The notes beneath the pieces were generated by a model. It saw only the letters and a list, made by a program, of their open reading frames with translations. It was not told the origin of the DNA and ran no database searches. Made by a program: the position numbers and the translations under genes. Below are positions 46,411 through 57,193 of a stretch of 64,000 bases of DNA, in pieces. How positions within the stretch are numbered: position 1 is the stretch's first letter; each line of letters starts with the position of its first letter. The stretch is taken from the NCBI GenBank assembly GCA_000991575.1, contig LBRU01000001.1, positions 8,462 to 72,461 on the forward strand, written 5' to 3'. Origin of the DNA: a candidate division TM6 bacterium GW2011_GWE2_36_25 (GTDB lineage: Bacteria; Babelota; Babeliae; Babelales; UBA12409).

Positions 46411-47244
46411 TTATGGATGCCAAATAACAATATTTCCTATTATCCAATCAGGAGTTTCGCGTAAAACTTTCACTTTTTTTTGCTGTTTTTTCAAAAGTGA
46501 AACAAATTCTTCGATTGAAAATGGATGTACCGAAGGCGTATTATTATACAACATGTATCCGCGAGACGCCAAATTAATCACCTTCTCCATGTAATACAAT
46601 TGACCCTTTTTATCAATTTCAGAAAAAGCATAATTACTAATAACTAAATCATATTTTTTAGGCTCTTTTAAAGCAGCATAACCTACCGCAGCAATATTCT
46701 TCAGAGCAAATTGTTCAAGATACACCTTAATCAGAGCCGCAACCTCTGGAAGGTCAATCATAGTATAACTAGCAAAACCACATATATCATGAATAACTTT
46801 ACACTGCCCCCCAAAACCTGCGCCTATTTCAACAATATTCAAGTTGTTTAAATCTCCAAATTCCCTTTGTAAATCGCCAACTACCTTTATATAACGAAGC
46901 ACGCTTGGAGAAATTCTTCCTATAGATGAAAAATCATAACTCAGAGGAGCTCCAAATTGATCATCCAAACAAATCTGAGAACAATATCTAAGAAGATGAG
47001 GGTAACGCTGAATAATTTCTTGTGCAAGTACCTTGCCGGCAGGATAATTAAGTCCCTCTACCATTGCTCTATAAATCTGTTTTTTTCTAAACGTTTGCAA
47101 TGCAAAATAATCACGCCCAGCTAATTTACAAAGTTCAGTATATGCTTTATATTTCGCGGTTTCACTAACCATTGTCACAGAAATGGCTTCAAACATTAAC
47201 ACCATTAAAACAAATAAACTAATCAACGAACTCTTCATATTCAC
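46411..47244 (-). CDS. Putative sugar O-methyltransferase with signal-like leader
   Basis: IVEIGAGFGG (SAM motif I), IDLPEV and DLVISNYAFSE. Confidence 0.8.
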   Translation of the reverse strand: MNMKSSLISLFVLMVLMFEAISVTMVSETAKYKAYTELCKLAGRDYFALQTFRKKQIYRAMVEGLNYPAGKVLAQEIIQRYPHLLRYCSQICLDDQFGAPLSYDFSSIGRISPSVLRYIKVVGDLQREFGDLNNLNIVEIGAGFGGQCKVIHDICGFASYTMIDLPEVAALIKVYLEQFALKNIAAVGYAALKEPKKYDLVISNYAFSEIDKKGQLYYMEKVINLASRGYMLYNNTPSVHPFSIEEFVSLLKKQQKKVKVLRETPDWIIGNIVIWHP

Positions 47245-47348
47245 TCCTTAATTAAAGACACTTGAAGATATAAAAACACATATAAAATGTCAACATAAAT
47301 AAACTAAACCCTCTCATGTGGTTTTTAGAATGATTAATGGTATGATTA

Positions 47349-48242
47349 GTGATAAGGAGCACGTATTATACGGGCAAACTTATCCAGAAAATTATAGTAG
47401 AAATGATCACATTAATACTCAAAATTGCACATAAAATTCATCGACTTTGCAATAAAAATAAAAACAAGACAACGCTTATCAATAACCAATTGCCAGAAAA
47501 ATCTTTTGTTATAGTTATTACCTCTTACAATAATGAACGCTATTGTGAAAAAAACTTAGCATCAGTTTTAAATCAAAATTATTCTAATTTTCGTGTAATT
47601 TACATTGACGATTGTTCAACGGACAAAACTTCAAAAATTACTGAAGAATATATAAAAAATAATGATCATCAAAAAAAAATCAGTTTTTTTAAAAACAAAC
47701 AAAGAAATCTTAAGCTTGCTAATTTATATCAAATTATTCACACACTTCCTGACGAAGAGGTTGTTATTGAACTGGATGGAGATGATTATTTGGCCCATCC
47801 CCATGTTCTTAAAATAATCAATCAAAAATATCATGAAACTAACGCACTCATTGTTCATGCTACTTACGAAAATCAACCTGCCAATCTTGCAGAACAGCTA
47901 AAACTTCAACATTTTTCCCAAGAAACGCCATATTTCGTCAAAAAATTAAATTTATTTCGAAAATATCCATGGATTTATTCAGGATTACGAACCTATTACG
48001 TAGGATTATTTAAAAAAATTAATAAAGAAGATTTGCTATGCAAAATACCACCATTTGAGGGAAAGTTTTTTCCTGTTTCTCATGATTTGGCAATAATGTA
48101 CCCGATGCTCGAAAAAGCACATACCCAAATTGCGTATATTCCAGATAAATTACTCATTCGCAACATTGATTCATCTATCAACGATTTTAAAAAATACGAT
48201 AGCCAATTAAGAAAAAAGATTAACCAACAAATTATTTCATAA
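47349..48242 (+). CDS. Glycosyltransferase family 2
   Basis: ITSYNN, DDCSTD, LDGDDY and PMLEKA; start uncertain. Confidence 0.85.
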   Translation: MIRSTYYTGKLIQKIIVEMITLILKIAHKIHRLCNKNKNKTTLINNQLPEKSFVIVITSYNNERYCEKNLASVLNQNYSNFRVIYIDDCSTDKTSKITEEYIKNNDHQKKISFFKNKQRNLKLANLYQIIHTLPDEEVVIELDGDDYLAHPHVLKIINQKYHETNALIVHATYENQPANLAEQLKLQHFSQETPYFVKKLNLFRKYPWIYSGLRTYYVGLFKKINKEDLLCKIPPFEGKFFPVSHDLAIMYPMLEKAHTQIAYIPDKLLIRNIDSSINDFKKYDSQLRKKINQQIIS

Positions 48243-48246
48243 AAAT

Positions 48247-49068
48247 ATGATTAAACTTTCACAAAAAATAAAAAACTTTTATAAAACATTTATTCCTGCA
48301 TCAAAGCTCAAAGAGCATCCGCTCGTCGTAATTATACCATCATATAATAATGCACAGTGGTATAAAAAAAATTTAGATTCTGTCTTTAACCAACGATATT
48401 CAAATTATCGTATTATCTACCTTGACGACGCTTCAACTGACCAAACTGGATATCTCGTAGAAAAATATATTCAAGAAAAAGATCAGAATCATCGTTTTTC
48501 TCTCATCAAAAATAAAGAAAGAGAAGGCGCAACATCAAATCGCTACAAAGGTTCTCATCTTTGCGAAGACCATGAGATTATCCTTATTCTCGACGGAGAC
48601 GACTGGTTTGCCCACAATGCCGTTATGAAATTTATCAATAAAGTGTATTCCTGCGGCGATATTTGGCTAACCTATGGCCAATTTATTCGTTGGCCATCAG
48701 GAGAAATTGGCCAATGTAGAAAGCTGCCTCAAAATTATAATTTTCGTTCAATGAAACATTGGTATACAAGCGCACTACGAACTTATTACGCATGGCTATT
48801 TAAAAAGGTCAACAAAGAAGATTTAATGTACGAAAATAAATTTTTCCAAGTAAGTGGCGACGTTGCTGAGATGCTTCCTATGCTAGAAATGGCACAAAGC
48901 CATATTAAATTTATAAAAAAAATTCTTTATGTTTATAATAATCAAACCCCTTTTAACGACTTTAAAAAACATAGTTCAGCACAATTACAATTGTTCAGAT
49001 ATATCCAAAACAAAAAAAACTATCTCATTTCTAAAAAAAATGAATCTAAAGATTCAAATATTAAATAA
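48247..49068 (+). CDS. Glycosyltransferase family 2
   Basis: IPSYNN, DDASTD, LDGDDW and PMLEMA. Confidence 0.88.
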   Translation: MIKLSQKIKNFYKTFIPASKLKEHPLVVIIPSYNNAQWYKKNLDSVFNQRYSNYRIIYLDDASTDQTGYLVEKYIQEKDQNHRFSLIKNKEREGATSNRYKGSHLCEDHEIILILDGDDWFAHNAVMKFINKVYSCGDIWLTYGQFIRWPSGEIGQCRKLPQNYNFRSMKHWYTSALRTYYAWLFKKVNKEDLMYENKFFQVSGDVAEMLPMLEMAQSHIKFIKKILYVYNNQTPFNDFKKHSSAQLQLFRYIQNKKNYLISKKNESKDSNIK

Positions 49069-49157
49069 AAACATCTCATAACCCTCTACATTTTGTATAA
49101 ACCCTTCATTAATAACTTTTCATGGTGCTATTGTCTTAAGCGTAATAGAGATGATCA

Positions 49158-49907
49158 ATGAAAAATAGATACGCTATTTTTTTTATTTTAATCATTTTTA
49201 ATATTCAGCTCGTATCTTTCAAAATTGAAAAACAATTTAAAAAAAATCTAAAAATCTCAATTATTATTCCATGCCATCCACAACATGCCATTCATTTATA
49301 TCCCCTTGTAAAGCTTTACAAACAACAAACAGTGATCCCTTATGAAGTTGTTGTCTCACTTTCAGAATCAAAAAAAATAAAAAAGTTTTTAATAGAAAAA
49401 ATAGAAAGCGAACAATGGCCTTTTTCGTTAAAACTATTATTGAGTGAAGAAAAATTATACGCAGGTCAAAATAGAAATAAAGCGAGCGAAAATTCATCGG
49501 GCGACATATTGATCTACCAAGATGCGGATGATATCCCACATTCGCAACGCGTTGAAATTATTAAATATTTTTTTGAAAACTATGAAATCGATCATTTAAT
49601 GCATTTATGCGAAAAAAGAGAAGAAACAAAATTTAAGTATTATCGCCCGCAAGAAATTATATACTTTCATCTGAGAAATTATAAAGAAACTCTTTCACAA
49701 AAATTCAACACACAGAATACGGTCGTAACAAATGGTAATCCTGCATTAAAAAGATCTGTATTTAACAACTTCAAATGGTCGCCAACATCAATTCCTGCCG
49801 AAGATACCCACTTTAATACAGTACTCTACCGACATCTTCAAAATTGTATTCTACTCCCTATACCGCTTCTTACTTATAGAATGAGACTCTCTTCTTGGAA
49901 GAATTGA
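49158..49907 (+). CDS. GT2-like glycosyltransferase with signal-like leader
   Basis: SIIIPC, AGQNRN, QDADD (DXD) and AED. Confidence 0.78.
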   Translation: MKNRYAIFFILIIFNIQLVSFKIEKQFKKNLKISIIIPCHPQHAIHLYPLVKLYKQQTVIPYEVVVSLSESKKIKKFLIEKIESEQWPFSLKLLLSEEKLYAGQNRNKASENSSGDILIYQDADDIPHSQRVEIIKYFFENYEIDHLMHLCEKREETKFKYYRPQEIIYFHLRNYKETLSQKFNTQNTVVTNGNPALKRSVFNNFKWSPTSIPAEDTHFNTVLYRHLQNCILLPIPLLTYRMRLSSWKN

Positions 49908-49916
49908 TGTGTAATA

Positions 49917-50705
49917 TTATTTCAAATTATCCTCAGAACCTATTAAATTTTTAATTAATTGATGATCTGAATCTGATAGCAAAGGAAAATCAAATTTTTT
50001 CTTTAATCTCTTATTAAAAGCCTTGAGATCGTCATGCCAATAAAAATGATTCTTTTTAAACAATCGATCAGCTTTAACTTTCCCAAAAGCTGGATTTTGA
50101 TGTTCAATAATTAAATTATAAATCACCGCTTCTTTTTTCAAAATTTTAGAAACAATTGACATTTCTAAATCACAAAAAAATGACTTATAAATTGGGTGAT
50201 AAATATAATTAAAGCGTTCATAAAATTTGCGGCCTAAAATTGCAAGCGTATTCAAGTTTCCGCCATTTACCGTACCATTAAAATTTAGCACACCATCATA
50301 GTCTGGAAAATTGTTTAACATCTCTTGAACAATAATTTCATCATAATTCTGTTTAATGGGTATCATATCATCGCTGACTAAAATCAAAATATCATATGCG
50401 GGCGCCCATTCCATATCTCGATTACATGCATGAATCTTTGATTTACTATCGCCATAATAAACTTCTAAATTTTCATACTTCGCAAGACGCGCCCTTACTT
50501 CTTTTGAATTCATACTCTTGTCATTATCATCACAGGTTATCATAAAGAAATAAGGATGCTTATGGGACATTAATTTATAATATTGATCTAAACAATAAAA
50601 AAATTTCCGCACTCGATCTCTTGTAGGAAATTTAAATAATAACCGTGACTCAGAACCATTCGAATATAAAAAAAGGCTCATTAAAAAAAATAATTTTCTC
50701 AACAT
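49917..50705 (-). CDS. Single-domain GT-A-like glycosyltransferase with signal peptide
   Basis: FPTRDR, KIHACNRD, VSDDMIP and YIYHP.YKS..CD; homolog of the 40174 N-domain. Confidence 0.72.
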   Translation of the reverse strand: MLRKLFFLMSLFLYSNGSESRLLFKFPTRDRVRKFFYCLDQYYKLMSHKHPYFFMITCDDNDKSMNSKEVRARLAKYENLEVYYGDSKSKIHACNRDMEWAPAYDILILVSDDMIPIKQNYDEIIVQEMLNNFPDYDGVLNFNGTVNGGNLNTLAILGRKFYERFNYIYHPIYKSFFCDLEMSIVSKILKKEAVIYNLIIEHQNPAFGKVKADRLFKKNHFYWHDDLKAFNKRLKKKFDFPLLSDSDHQLIKNLIGSEDNLK

Positions 50706-50715
50706 ACTTAATCCC

Positions 50716-52029
50716 TTAGCCAAAAAATAAAATTACGCGAAATCGTTCATTTAAAAAGCCAATTCTACGCCACTTATTCAAAAGCTCGCCAGTATCATTA
50801 AAGTTTAATTTTTCAATTTCCTCCAATAAAAATTGGCGAGAATAAACATTTGCATAAAATGAATTTCTTAAATAAGCTAACTGTCCCATTAACTGTCCGG
50901 CGTATACGTTTTCCCCTAAAAACTCAGCCTTTTTTTTCATACTTTTATCAACTAAAAGATCAAATCGCAGGGCATGAGACTTACTCAAATAGGTAACAAC
51001 CTTTTTCAAATCAATAACATCATCAATTTTTTCTTTTCCTGATAACAACAAAATATAATCAGAGACAGATTCTTTCAACATGGAAATCAACGATTCTCTC
51101 AGTTGATCATTTTTAATTACATAAGTAGAATTAAGCCCATTAAATTTTGACAAAAGTTCTTCATTTAATTTTTCGGTTAAATAAATTAAGTCGACCTTAA
51201 AAGAATTGGGTGAAGCTCTTAGTATCGGTTGCTCTAAACGGTAATACTTTTTACGGTCTCTCAAAAAAGAACGACATGTTTGAATTTGAAAAAGTTTATC
51301 AACTTTATCATCATTAATTACATTGGCTCGATTATAAACATAAATACAATCTCTGAAAAAATAATGTCGCTCGGACGCCATTTCCAACATCGGCATCATT
51401 TTAGCAACATCACCAGCTGTTTTTGCAAACCGTCCTTTAAACATCAAATCCTCTATTTTGATTTGACGATAAAGCCATGCATAAAAACACCGTTGCTGAG
51501 AACTATTTTTTCCAAATTCCCTAAATCTATTGTTCGCAATAACCGCCTTAGGTATCCCTTTATTCCAGCACGCTTTGTTAGATGGATATTCTCGAAAACC
51601 ACCATAAGTTACCCATATATTCTCTGTAGAAAAAACCTCATCAATATGCTTAAAAACTTTTTCATGGGGGTACCAATCGTCTCCATCGCAAATAACAATA
51701 ATATCCGAATCATCAATAGGAACACCTATATCAATTTGATGAAGTGTAAGCCAAATATTGGCAGCTTTCCCACGACGAACATTATTTTTATGAAGACAAA
51801 TTTTGTCTTGAACGCCCAATAATTCAACTTCTTGTGAAATCTTTTCAAAGGTATCATCCGTTGATGCGTCATCTCTCAAAACAACGAAAAAATTTTCATA
51901 TTTTTGTGAAAAAATAGAACGAATATTCTTAACACACCACTTGCTATTTTGATACGTTGTAACTAAAACAATTAATCTTTTTTCGGCAGCCAATGAAAAA
52001 AATAATAAAAATAATAAAAAATTTTTCAT
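50716..52029 (-). CDS. Glycosyltransferase family 2 with signal peptide
   Basis: MKNFLLFLLFFSLAA leader; DDASTD, CDGDDW and PMLEMA. Confidence 0.87.
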   Translation of the reverse strand: MKNFLLFLLFFSLAAEKRLIVLVTTYQNSKWCVKNIRSIFSQKYENFFVVLRDDASTDDTFEKISQEVELLGVQDKICLHKNNVRRGKAANIWLTLHQIDIGVPIDDSDIIVICDGDDWYPHEKVFKHIDEVFSTENIWVTYGGFREYPSNKACWNKGIPKAVIANNRFREFGKNSSQQRCFYAWLYRQIKIEDLMFKGRFAKTAGDVAKMMPMLEMASERHYFFRDCIYVYNRANVINDDKVDKLFQIQTCRSFLRDRKKYYRLEQPILRASPNSFKVDLIYLTEKLNEELLSKFNGLNSTYVIKNDQLRESLISMLKESVSDYILLLSGKEKIDDVIDLKKVVTYLSKSHALRFDLLVDKSMKKKAEFLGENVYAGQLMGQLAYLRNSFYANVYSRQFLLEEIEKLNFNDTGELLNKWRRIGFLNERFRVILFFG

Positions 52030-53105
52030 TTAATCTCTTCAAGCTTCTTTACCACCTCTTCCTCAAAAACCTTTGACCGATCATAGCCAGGAAACATCTC
52101 AGTTAATACCTGATCTATAAAGTATGGAATAGAAAATTTAAAGGCACCATTACTCGCTAAAAATTCTTTAATATTTTCCACATATTTATTATATTCGTCC
52201 TCAGTTATAGATTTTAAATATTTATATAATACTTCGTAATTCTTAAATTTTCTAAAATCAATAAAACAATGTTCAGGAATATGATTCGTTATATTAGGTG
52301 CACCTAAATAAACAGGTACACAACCAGCATGAAAACAATCAAAAATCTTCTCTGTAATATAACCGGGTTGATCACTCGTATTTTCATAACAGATGCAAAA
52401 TTTAAAATTCTTTAGAATATCAACTTTTTTTAAAACGCCTCCTCCATAGGTTTTATATTTATAATTCCATCCTTTACCATAAAACGTAAAATCCTGTGGG
52501 AAATGCTCAAAATATTCTATTGCTCTTCTACGTTCGGAATATAATTCATTTTTATAGGTTGAGCTTTTTCTTCCAGCAACTAATGTACAAAAACGTTTTT
52601 GCTTAAAGGAAACAACCTCCTCAATCATCTCTATATTGGGATGAGGATAATATAATTTAAAATATTTCTTGTTATCTACAAAACGATCGTCCATTATAAA
52701 GATCTTAGAAAATATTTTATGAGCCGCCTTGGTATAACTTCGTGGATCAACGGTAATAGGCTCCCATATATGTGCATATAATTTTTCAGGCGGACATAAG
52801 CGTAAAATTTGCGCACGACTCATATTAAAACTTGACCATAAAACAAACTCTCCATCGGACAAATCTCGACGAGGAATAGTTAATTTTAACTGATAACCCA
52901 GCTTTTCTAATGCAATTTTTAAATCAAAAAAATGCTTAACACAGTTGTCGCGATTATAAACCTGATCCCTCAGATCAAAAAGTTTTCCTTTTTCATAACC
53001 CAATGGAGGAATCATATAGATAATATTTTTATGTTTAGATTGAGCAAGGCTTAAAGCAAAAAAGCTTAAAATTAAACATTTTATCATATGTTTTAATGAA
53101 TCCAT
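52026..53105 (-). CDS. GT10 (alpha-1,3/4-fucosyltransferase family)-like protein with signal-like leader
   Basis: FKFCICYENT....GYITEKIFD.F.AGCVPVYLGA is the GT10 motif. Confidence 0.85.
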   Translation of the reverse strand: MDSLKHMIKCLILSFFALSLAQSKHKNIIYMIPPLGYEKGKLFDLRDQVYNRDNCVKHFFDLKIALEKLGYQLKLTIPRRDLSDGEFVLWSSFNMSRAQILRLCPPEKLYAHIWEPITVDPRSYTKAAHKIFSKIFIMDDRFVDNKKYFKLYYPHPNIEMIEEVVSFKQKRFCTLVAGRKSSTYKNELYSERRRAIEYFEHFPQDFTFYGKGWNYKYKTYGGGVLKKVDILKNFKFCICYENTSDQPGYITEKIFDCFHAGCVPVYLGAPNITNHIPEHCFIDFRKFKNYEVLYKYLKSITEDEYNKYVENIKEFLASNGAFKFSIPYFIDQVLTEMFPGYDRSKVFEEEVVKKLEEIK

Positions 53106-53290
53106 TTCTAAAAACCTTTAAAAAGATTATTTCACCATAACTACATCTAGATCAACACAAAAAAGTATTTTTTCCAAATTTTAATATAAAAAATTCATTT
53201 ATAAAAAAACATATTTCTCTAAAACATTAAAGTTATTGCATTAACAAAAACTCTTTTTGTATTTTAAATAATAATCCGGGGGGAAAAAGG

Positions 53291-54070
53291 ATGAAAAATG
53301 GGGTTGTATTGTTAATTGTGTTATTAACTAACACACAAATTTATAATTTTAAAATTAATCGGGCAATTTTATCAACAAATGAAAATCCTATGTATATTGA
53401 TTTTTGGCCGATTGTCGCTAAAGCATGGAAACAATTAATAGGCGTAACACCAACATTAGCTTTAATTGCGCCACAAAATGTACCCATCGATACAAGCTTG
53501 GGTGATGTTATTCGCTTCGAACCCATCCCCGGCATTCCTACAGGTTATCAAGCGCAAGTTATTCGCAACCTTTTACCTTCACTATTTCCCAACGATTTTT
53601 GCATCATCGGCGATATTGACATGATTCCGGTAAATAAAAATTACTTAATCGGATCTGCGCTGCCTTTTGCAGAGAAAAATTTTGTTGTCTATAGAAATCT
53701 CGCATATGGCCCACGAACAGTAGGCTATCCAATGTGCTACAACGCGGCAAAAGGTTCTACCTTTGCTGAAATTTTTAACGTAAAAAACAAAAAAGACATT
53801 TATGATATTATAAAATATTGGCACACTATTAATAACGGTTGGTCTGCAGACGAGCAATTGTTATTCAAATATCTACATAACTGGAAATTTCATAAAAGCA
53901 GATGTCGTTATCTCAATCAAACAGTTTTAGCAAGATTGGATCGAGGAAAGTGGAATCCAAAAGTAACTCTACTTAAAAAACATGCCTATATAGACATTCA
54001 CTCAATACGGCCTTATAAACAACATGAACAACATCTCTTATGGATAGCGCAAGAATTAGGAATACAATAG
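53291..54070 (+). CDS. Hypothetical DXD-containing putative glycosyltransferase with signal-like leader
   Basis: YIDFWP.V..AW, GDIDM, YPMCY, WSADE and DIHS, plus cluster context. Confidence 0.5.
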   Translation: MKNGVVLLIVLLTNTQIYNFKINRAILSTNENPMYIDFWPIVAKAWKQLIGVTPTLALIAPQNVPIDTSLGDVIRFEPIPGIPTGYQAQVIRNLLPSLFPNDFCIIGDIDMIPVNKNYLIGSALPFAEKNFVVYRNLAYGPRTVGYPMCYNAAKGSTFAEIFNVKNKKDIYDIIKYWHTINNGWSADEQLLFKYLHNWKFHKSRCRYLNQTVLARLDRGKWNPKVTLLKKHAYIDIHSIRPYKQHEQHLLWIAQELGIQ

Positions 54071-54072
54071 TT

Positions 54073-54981
54073 TTATTTATAAAAAATATATTTTTTCATG
54101 CCTCGAGATATACCCTTTTTTGATATAAAAATATTTGTATTTTTATTCAAGAATTTTATATCAGATGTTGTATGAAGCTTAGCCTTTTTTCCATCACCAA
54201 AATCCAATTCTGTCCATCCTTCTGGATGAATTTTCATTTTTAATTTATGCGCCAAAACACTAAACAATGTTTGATCATGACGAGCTTCGCCAAATCCAGC
54301 TCTTGCAGTTTTATCATCAGCAAATAAATATGGCTTATGAGCAAATTTGTACATGGGTACTACATAAGAATCCAAAACATCACGTGACAATCCCTGTAAT
54401 CCAGCAGATATCATGATAGTATCATTCTTGAGTAAAAAATTTTTTATCGATGGATCTTCTTTATTGATTACATCATGTAAAACCGAACGCGTCACTCTGC
54501 GCGCTATATTACATGTCATGATAGGAAGATTACTTATTAAGAAATAGCCATGCTCACGAATATATTCAAATAAATAGTCAAGAGATTTTAAAACGGTAAC
54601 TCCTGCATCAATACAAAGAACATAAGGATATTTATCTAATGCTTGCTTAATTACTACCGGCTTCCATGTAAACCATCCCCGTGCAATCTTGCCAGATGGA
54701 CTTGAGACAAAAGGGGTTAAAATGTCAGAATTAACTTTTTCAACCTCATAAACATTGGCCTTCTGAATTGTATCAAGATGCTTTCTCTGTCCTTCGTTCA
54801 ATCCCAAGTCAAAAACCATAATTTCGCCAAGCCGATCAAAATCAATTCGATGGATACTTCCAATAAGATTTAACAATAATTCATAATGACGAGAATCAGC
54901 ATACGTACAATAATATTGTAACTCAGTAGGATGAACCAGAATAAAAAAAAGACTTAAAAAATAAAATAAAAACTTTCTCAT
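54073..54981 (-). CDS. DUF1647-like paralog (third copy)
   Basis: YYCTYADSRHY, VFDLGL, TWKPVVI, IDAG and RHDQT. Confidence 0.65.
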   Translation of the reverse strand: MRKFLFYFLSLFFILVHPTELQYYCTYADSRHYELLLNLIGSIHRIDFDRLGEIMVFDLGLNEGQRKHLDTIQKANVYEVEKVNSDILTPFVSSPSGKIARGWFTWKPVVIKQALDKYPYVLCIDAGVTVLKSLDYLFEYIREHGYFLISNLPIMTCNIARRVTRSVLHDVINKEDPSIKNFLLKNDTIMISAGLQGLSRDVLDSYVVPMYKFAHKPYLFADDKTARAGFGEARHDQTLFSVLAHKLKMKIHPEGWTELDFGDGKKAKLHTTSDIKFLNKNTNIFISKKGISRGMKKYIFYK

Positions 54982-55090
54982 CTCTGCCCTTGATCATATT
55001 TTTATCTTATAAAGAAACTAGTTTGCAATTTAGCATAAAAAATTTTATAGTTCTAAAAGTTTTTACATTTCAAAACTAAAAAGGAAACTC

Positions 55091-55975
55091 ATGATGCAAT
55101 TTAAACATTATATAACTTTACTTATGGTTTTCACTGTATGTGCAAAAAATTGGTTTGAAGAAAAAAGAATATATAATTTAAACGCCTCAGATCCTATTGA
55201 TGTACTTATCGCATGTCATGAGAAAGATCAAGATGTTTTACAACTTTGCATTCAAAGCGCAAAAAAACATGTTCAAAATGTAAGAAGAATTATTGTCGCA
55301 TCTGATCGACGGCTATCAGATGATGCCGAATGGTATGATGAATCATTATTGTCTTTTTCAAAAAAATCGATCTCTGATGAATTTTCATCGCTTGACCCAT
55401 CATTCAAAACATCACCAGAAAAACAAGCACGCGTTGGTTGGTATTTTAAACAAATATTAAACTTTTATGCACCATTTGAAATTCCAAATATATCGAGCAA
55501 CGTGCTCATTCTTGATGCAGATACCGTATTGTTAAGAACTGTCACTTTTGTGGATGAAGAAGGAAACATGCTACATGCACCAGGAGCCGAATATCACATT
55601 CCATACTTTGAACATATGCAAAAATTTTTACCTGGCTTAAAAAGAGTTTTCCATAAATTATCAGGAATTTCTCACCATATGCTTTTTCAGAGAGCGGTCT
55701 TAGAAGATTTATTTAATCTTATTGAATCACGCCACAACTGCAAATTTTGGCAAGCTTACTGTCGATGCGTAGATATTAAAGATATCGCTCTCGCTGGAGC
55801 AGCTGATTATGAGATCTATTTTAACTTTGTTCTTCAAAGAAGTAACCAAATAAAAATAAGGCCACTCAAGTGGACCAATATCAATCAACTTTCCTTTATC
55901 ACTCCTTGTCAGGAGGCGAGATATCATTTTGTATCGTGCCACCATTGGACACGAAAAGATCTTGAGAAAAAATGA
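55091..55975 (+). CDS. Putative GT-A fold glycosyltransferase (DUF6492-like) with signal peptide
   Basis: H.KD, GWYFKQ, ILDADT (DXD), HHMLF and DYEIY. Confidence 0.6.
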   Translation: MMQFKHYITLLMVFTVCAKNWFEEKRIYNLNASDPIDVLIACHEKDQDVLQLCIQSAKKHVQNVRRIIVASDRRLSDDAEWYDESLLSFSKKSISDEFSSLDPSFKTSPEKQARVGWYFKQILNFYAPFEIPNISSNVLILDADTVLLRTVTFVDEEGNMLHAPGAEYHIPYFEHMQKFLPGLKRVFHKLSGISHHMLFQRAVLEDLFNLIESRHNCKFWQAYCRCVDIKDIALAGAADYEIYFNFVLQRSNQIKIRPLKWTNINQLSFITPCQEARYHFVSCHHWTRKDLEKK

Positions 55976-56061
55976 AACTTCCAATAGTCATGCCAGCGAA
56001 AAACCAAAATATTATTATCTACCTTTGTTAAAACTTCAGCGACGAAAGGTAAACTAAATTT

Positions 56062-57192
56062 TTATAAGTGATTCAGCAATTCACTTTCGACCATTTTTTT
56101 TGCTAACTCGTTAAACTTTGTTGTTGGTTGCCATCTTAAAAGTTTTTTAGCTTTTTCATTGCAACCAAGAGAACTCTTTTTATCATTTGGCCTAAAAAAT
56201 TTAGGGTCAATACGCACTAATATTTTTTCAGTCTCCTTATTGCGGCCAATTTCATTAATTCCGTCGCCATGCCATTCAACAGTAACACCAATAACTTTAA
56301 ATGCTGCTTCAACAAATTCACGAACGCTGTGCCCCTCACCAGTCGCTATTACATAATCATCTGGCGCATTTTGTTGTAACATAAGCCACATTGCTTCTAC
56401 ATAATCAGGCGCATAGCCCCAATCTCTCGTTGAATCTAAGTTTCCCAAGCATAAAACTTTATTTTTACCACAGGAAATTTTAGCGACTGCTCGTGCAATC
56501 TTGCGAGTTACAAAACCCCTTCCTCGTCGCTCAGACTCATGGTTAAATAAAATACCATTACATGCAAAAATCTTATAAGCTTCTCGATAATTTCTAGTAA
56601 TCCAGTACGCAAATAATTTAGCAGTTGCGTAAGGAGACTTGGGCGCAAACAAAGTCATCTCATCCTGCAGTTTATCTTCAACATCACCAAACATCTCACT
56701 CGAAGAAGCCTGATAAAAACGAATCTTGTCTTTTAATCCCAATATTCGAATCGCTTCCAAAATTCTCAGCGGTCCTAATGCATCACAATTGGTTGTATAT
56801 TCGGCCTTTTTAAATGAAAGAGCCACTTGACTTTGCGCACCCAAATTATAAATTTCATCTGGCTTAACTTCATCAAGCAACTCAATAATGCTCGACGCAT
56901 CGGTTAAATCACCGTAATGTAAAAAAAGACTATTTTTGTAAAAACCCTTAAAACTCTGCCGCATCCGTTCTAATTGTGAAGGGGTATTCCGCATACACCC
57001 ATGAACAATATAATTCTTATCTAGAAGAAGCTTCGTTAGGTAAAAGCCATCCTGACCAGTAATACCAAAGATGAGTGCTTTTTTATCATTGCCATTTATT
57101 TGCAATAAAAAAATACCAATGAACCATAATTTAAAAACCCAATACTTAAAACGAAGTTGGGTTGATATAAAACCCATTATATACTGCCCCAT
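56062..57192 (-). CDS. gmd: GDP-mannose 4,6-dehydratase paralog 2 with hydrophobic N-terminal extension
   Basis: GITGQDG, YNLGAQS, YQASSSE, SPYATAK, NHES and GNLDS.RDWG. Confidence 0.88.
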   Translation of the reverse strand: MGQYIMGFISTQLRFKYWVFKLWFIGIFLLQINGNDKKALIFGITGQDGFYLTKLLLDKNYIVHGCMRNTPSQLERMRQSFKGFYKNSLFLHYGDLTDASSIIELLDEVKPDEIYNLGAQSQVALSFKKAEYTTNCDALGPLRILEAIRILGLKDKIRFYQASSSEMFGDVEDKLQDEMTLFAPKSPYATAKLFAYWITRNYREAYKIFACNGILFNHESERRGRGFVTRKIARAVAKISCGKNKVLCLGNLDSTRDWGYAPDYVEAMWLMLQQNAPDDYVIATGEGHSVREFVEAAFKVIGVTVEWHGDGINEIGRNKETEKILVRIDPKFFRPNDKKSSLGCNEKAKKLLRWQPTTKFNELAKKMVESELLNHL

Positions 57193-57193
57193 A

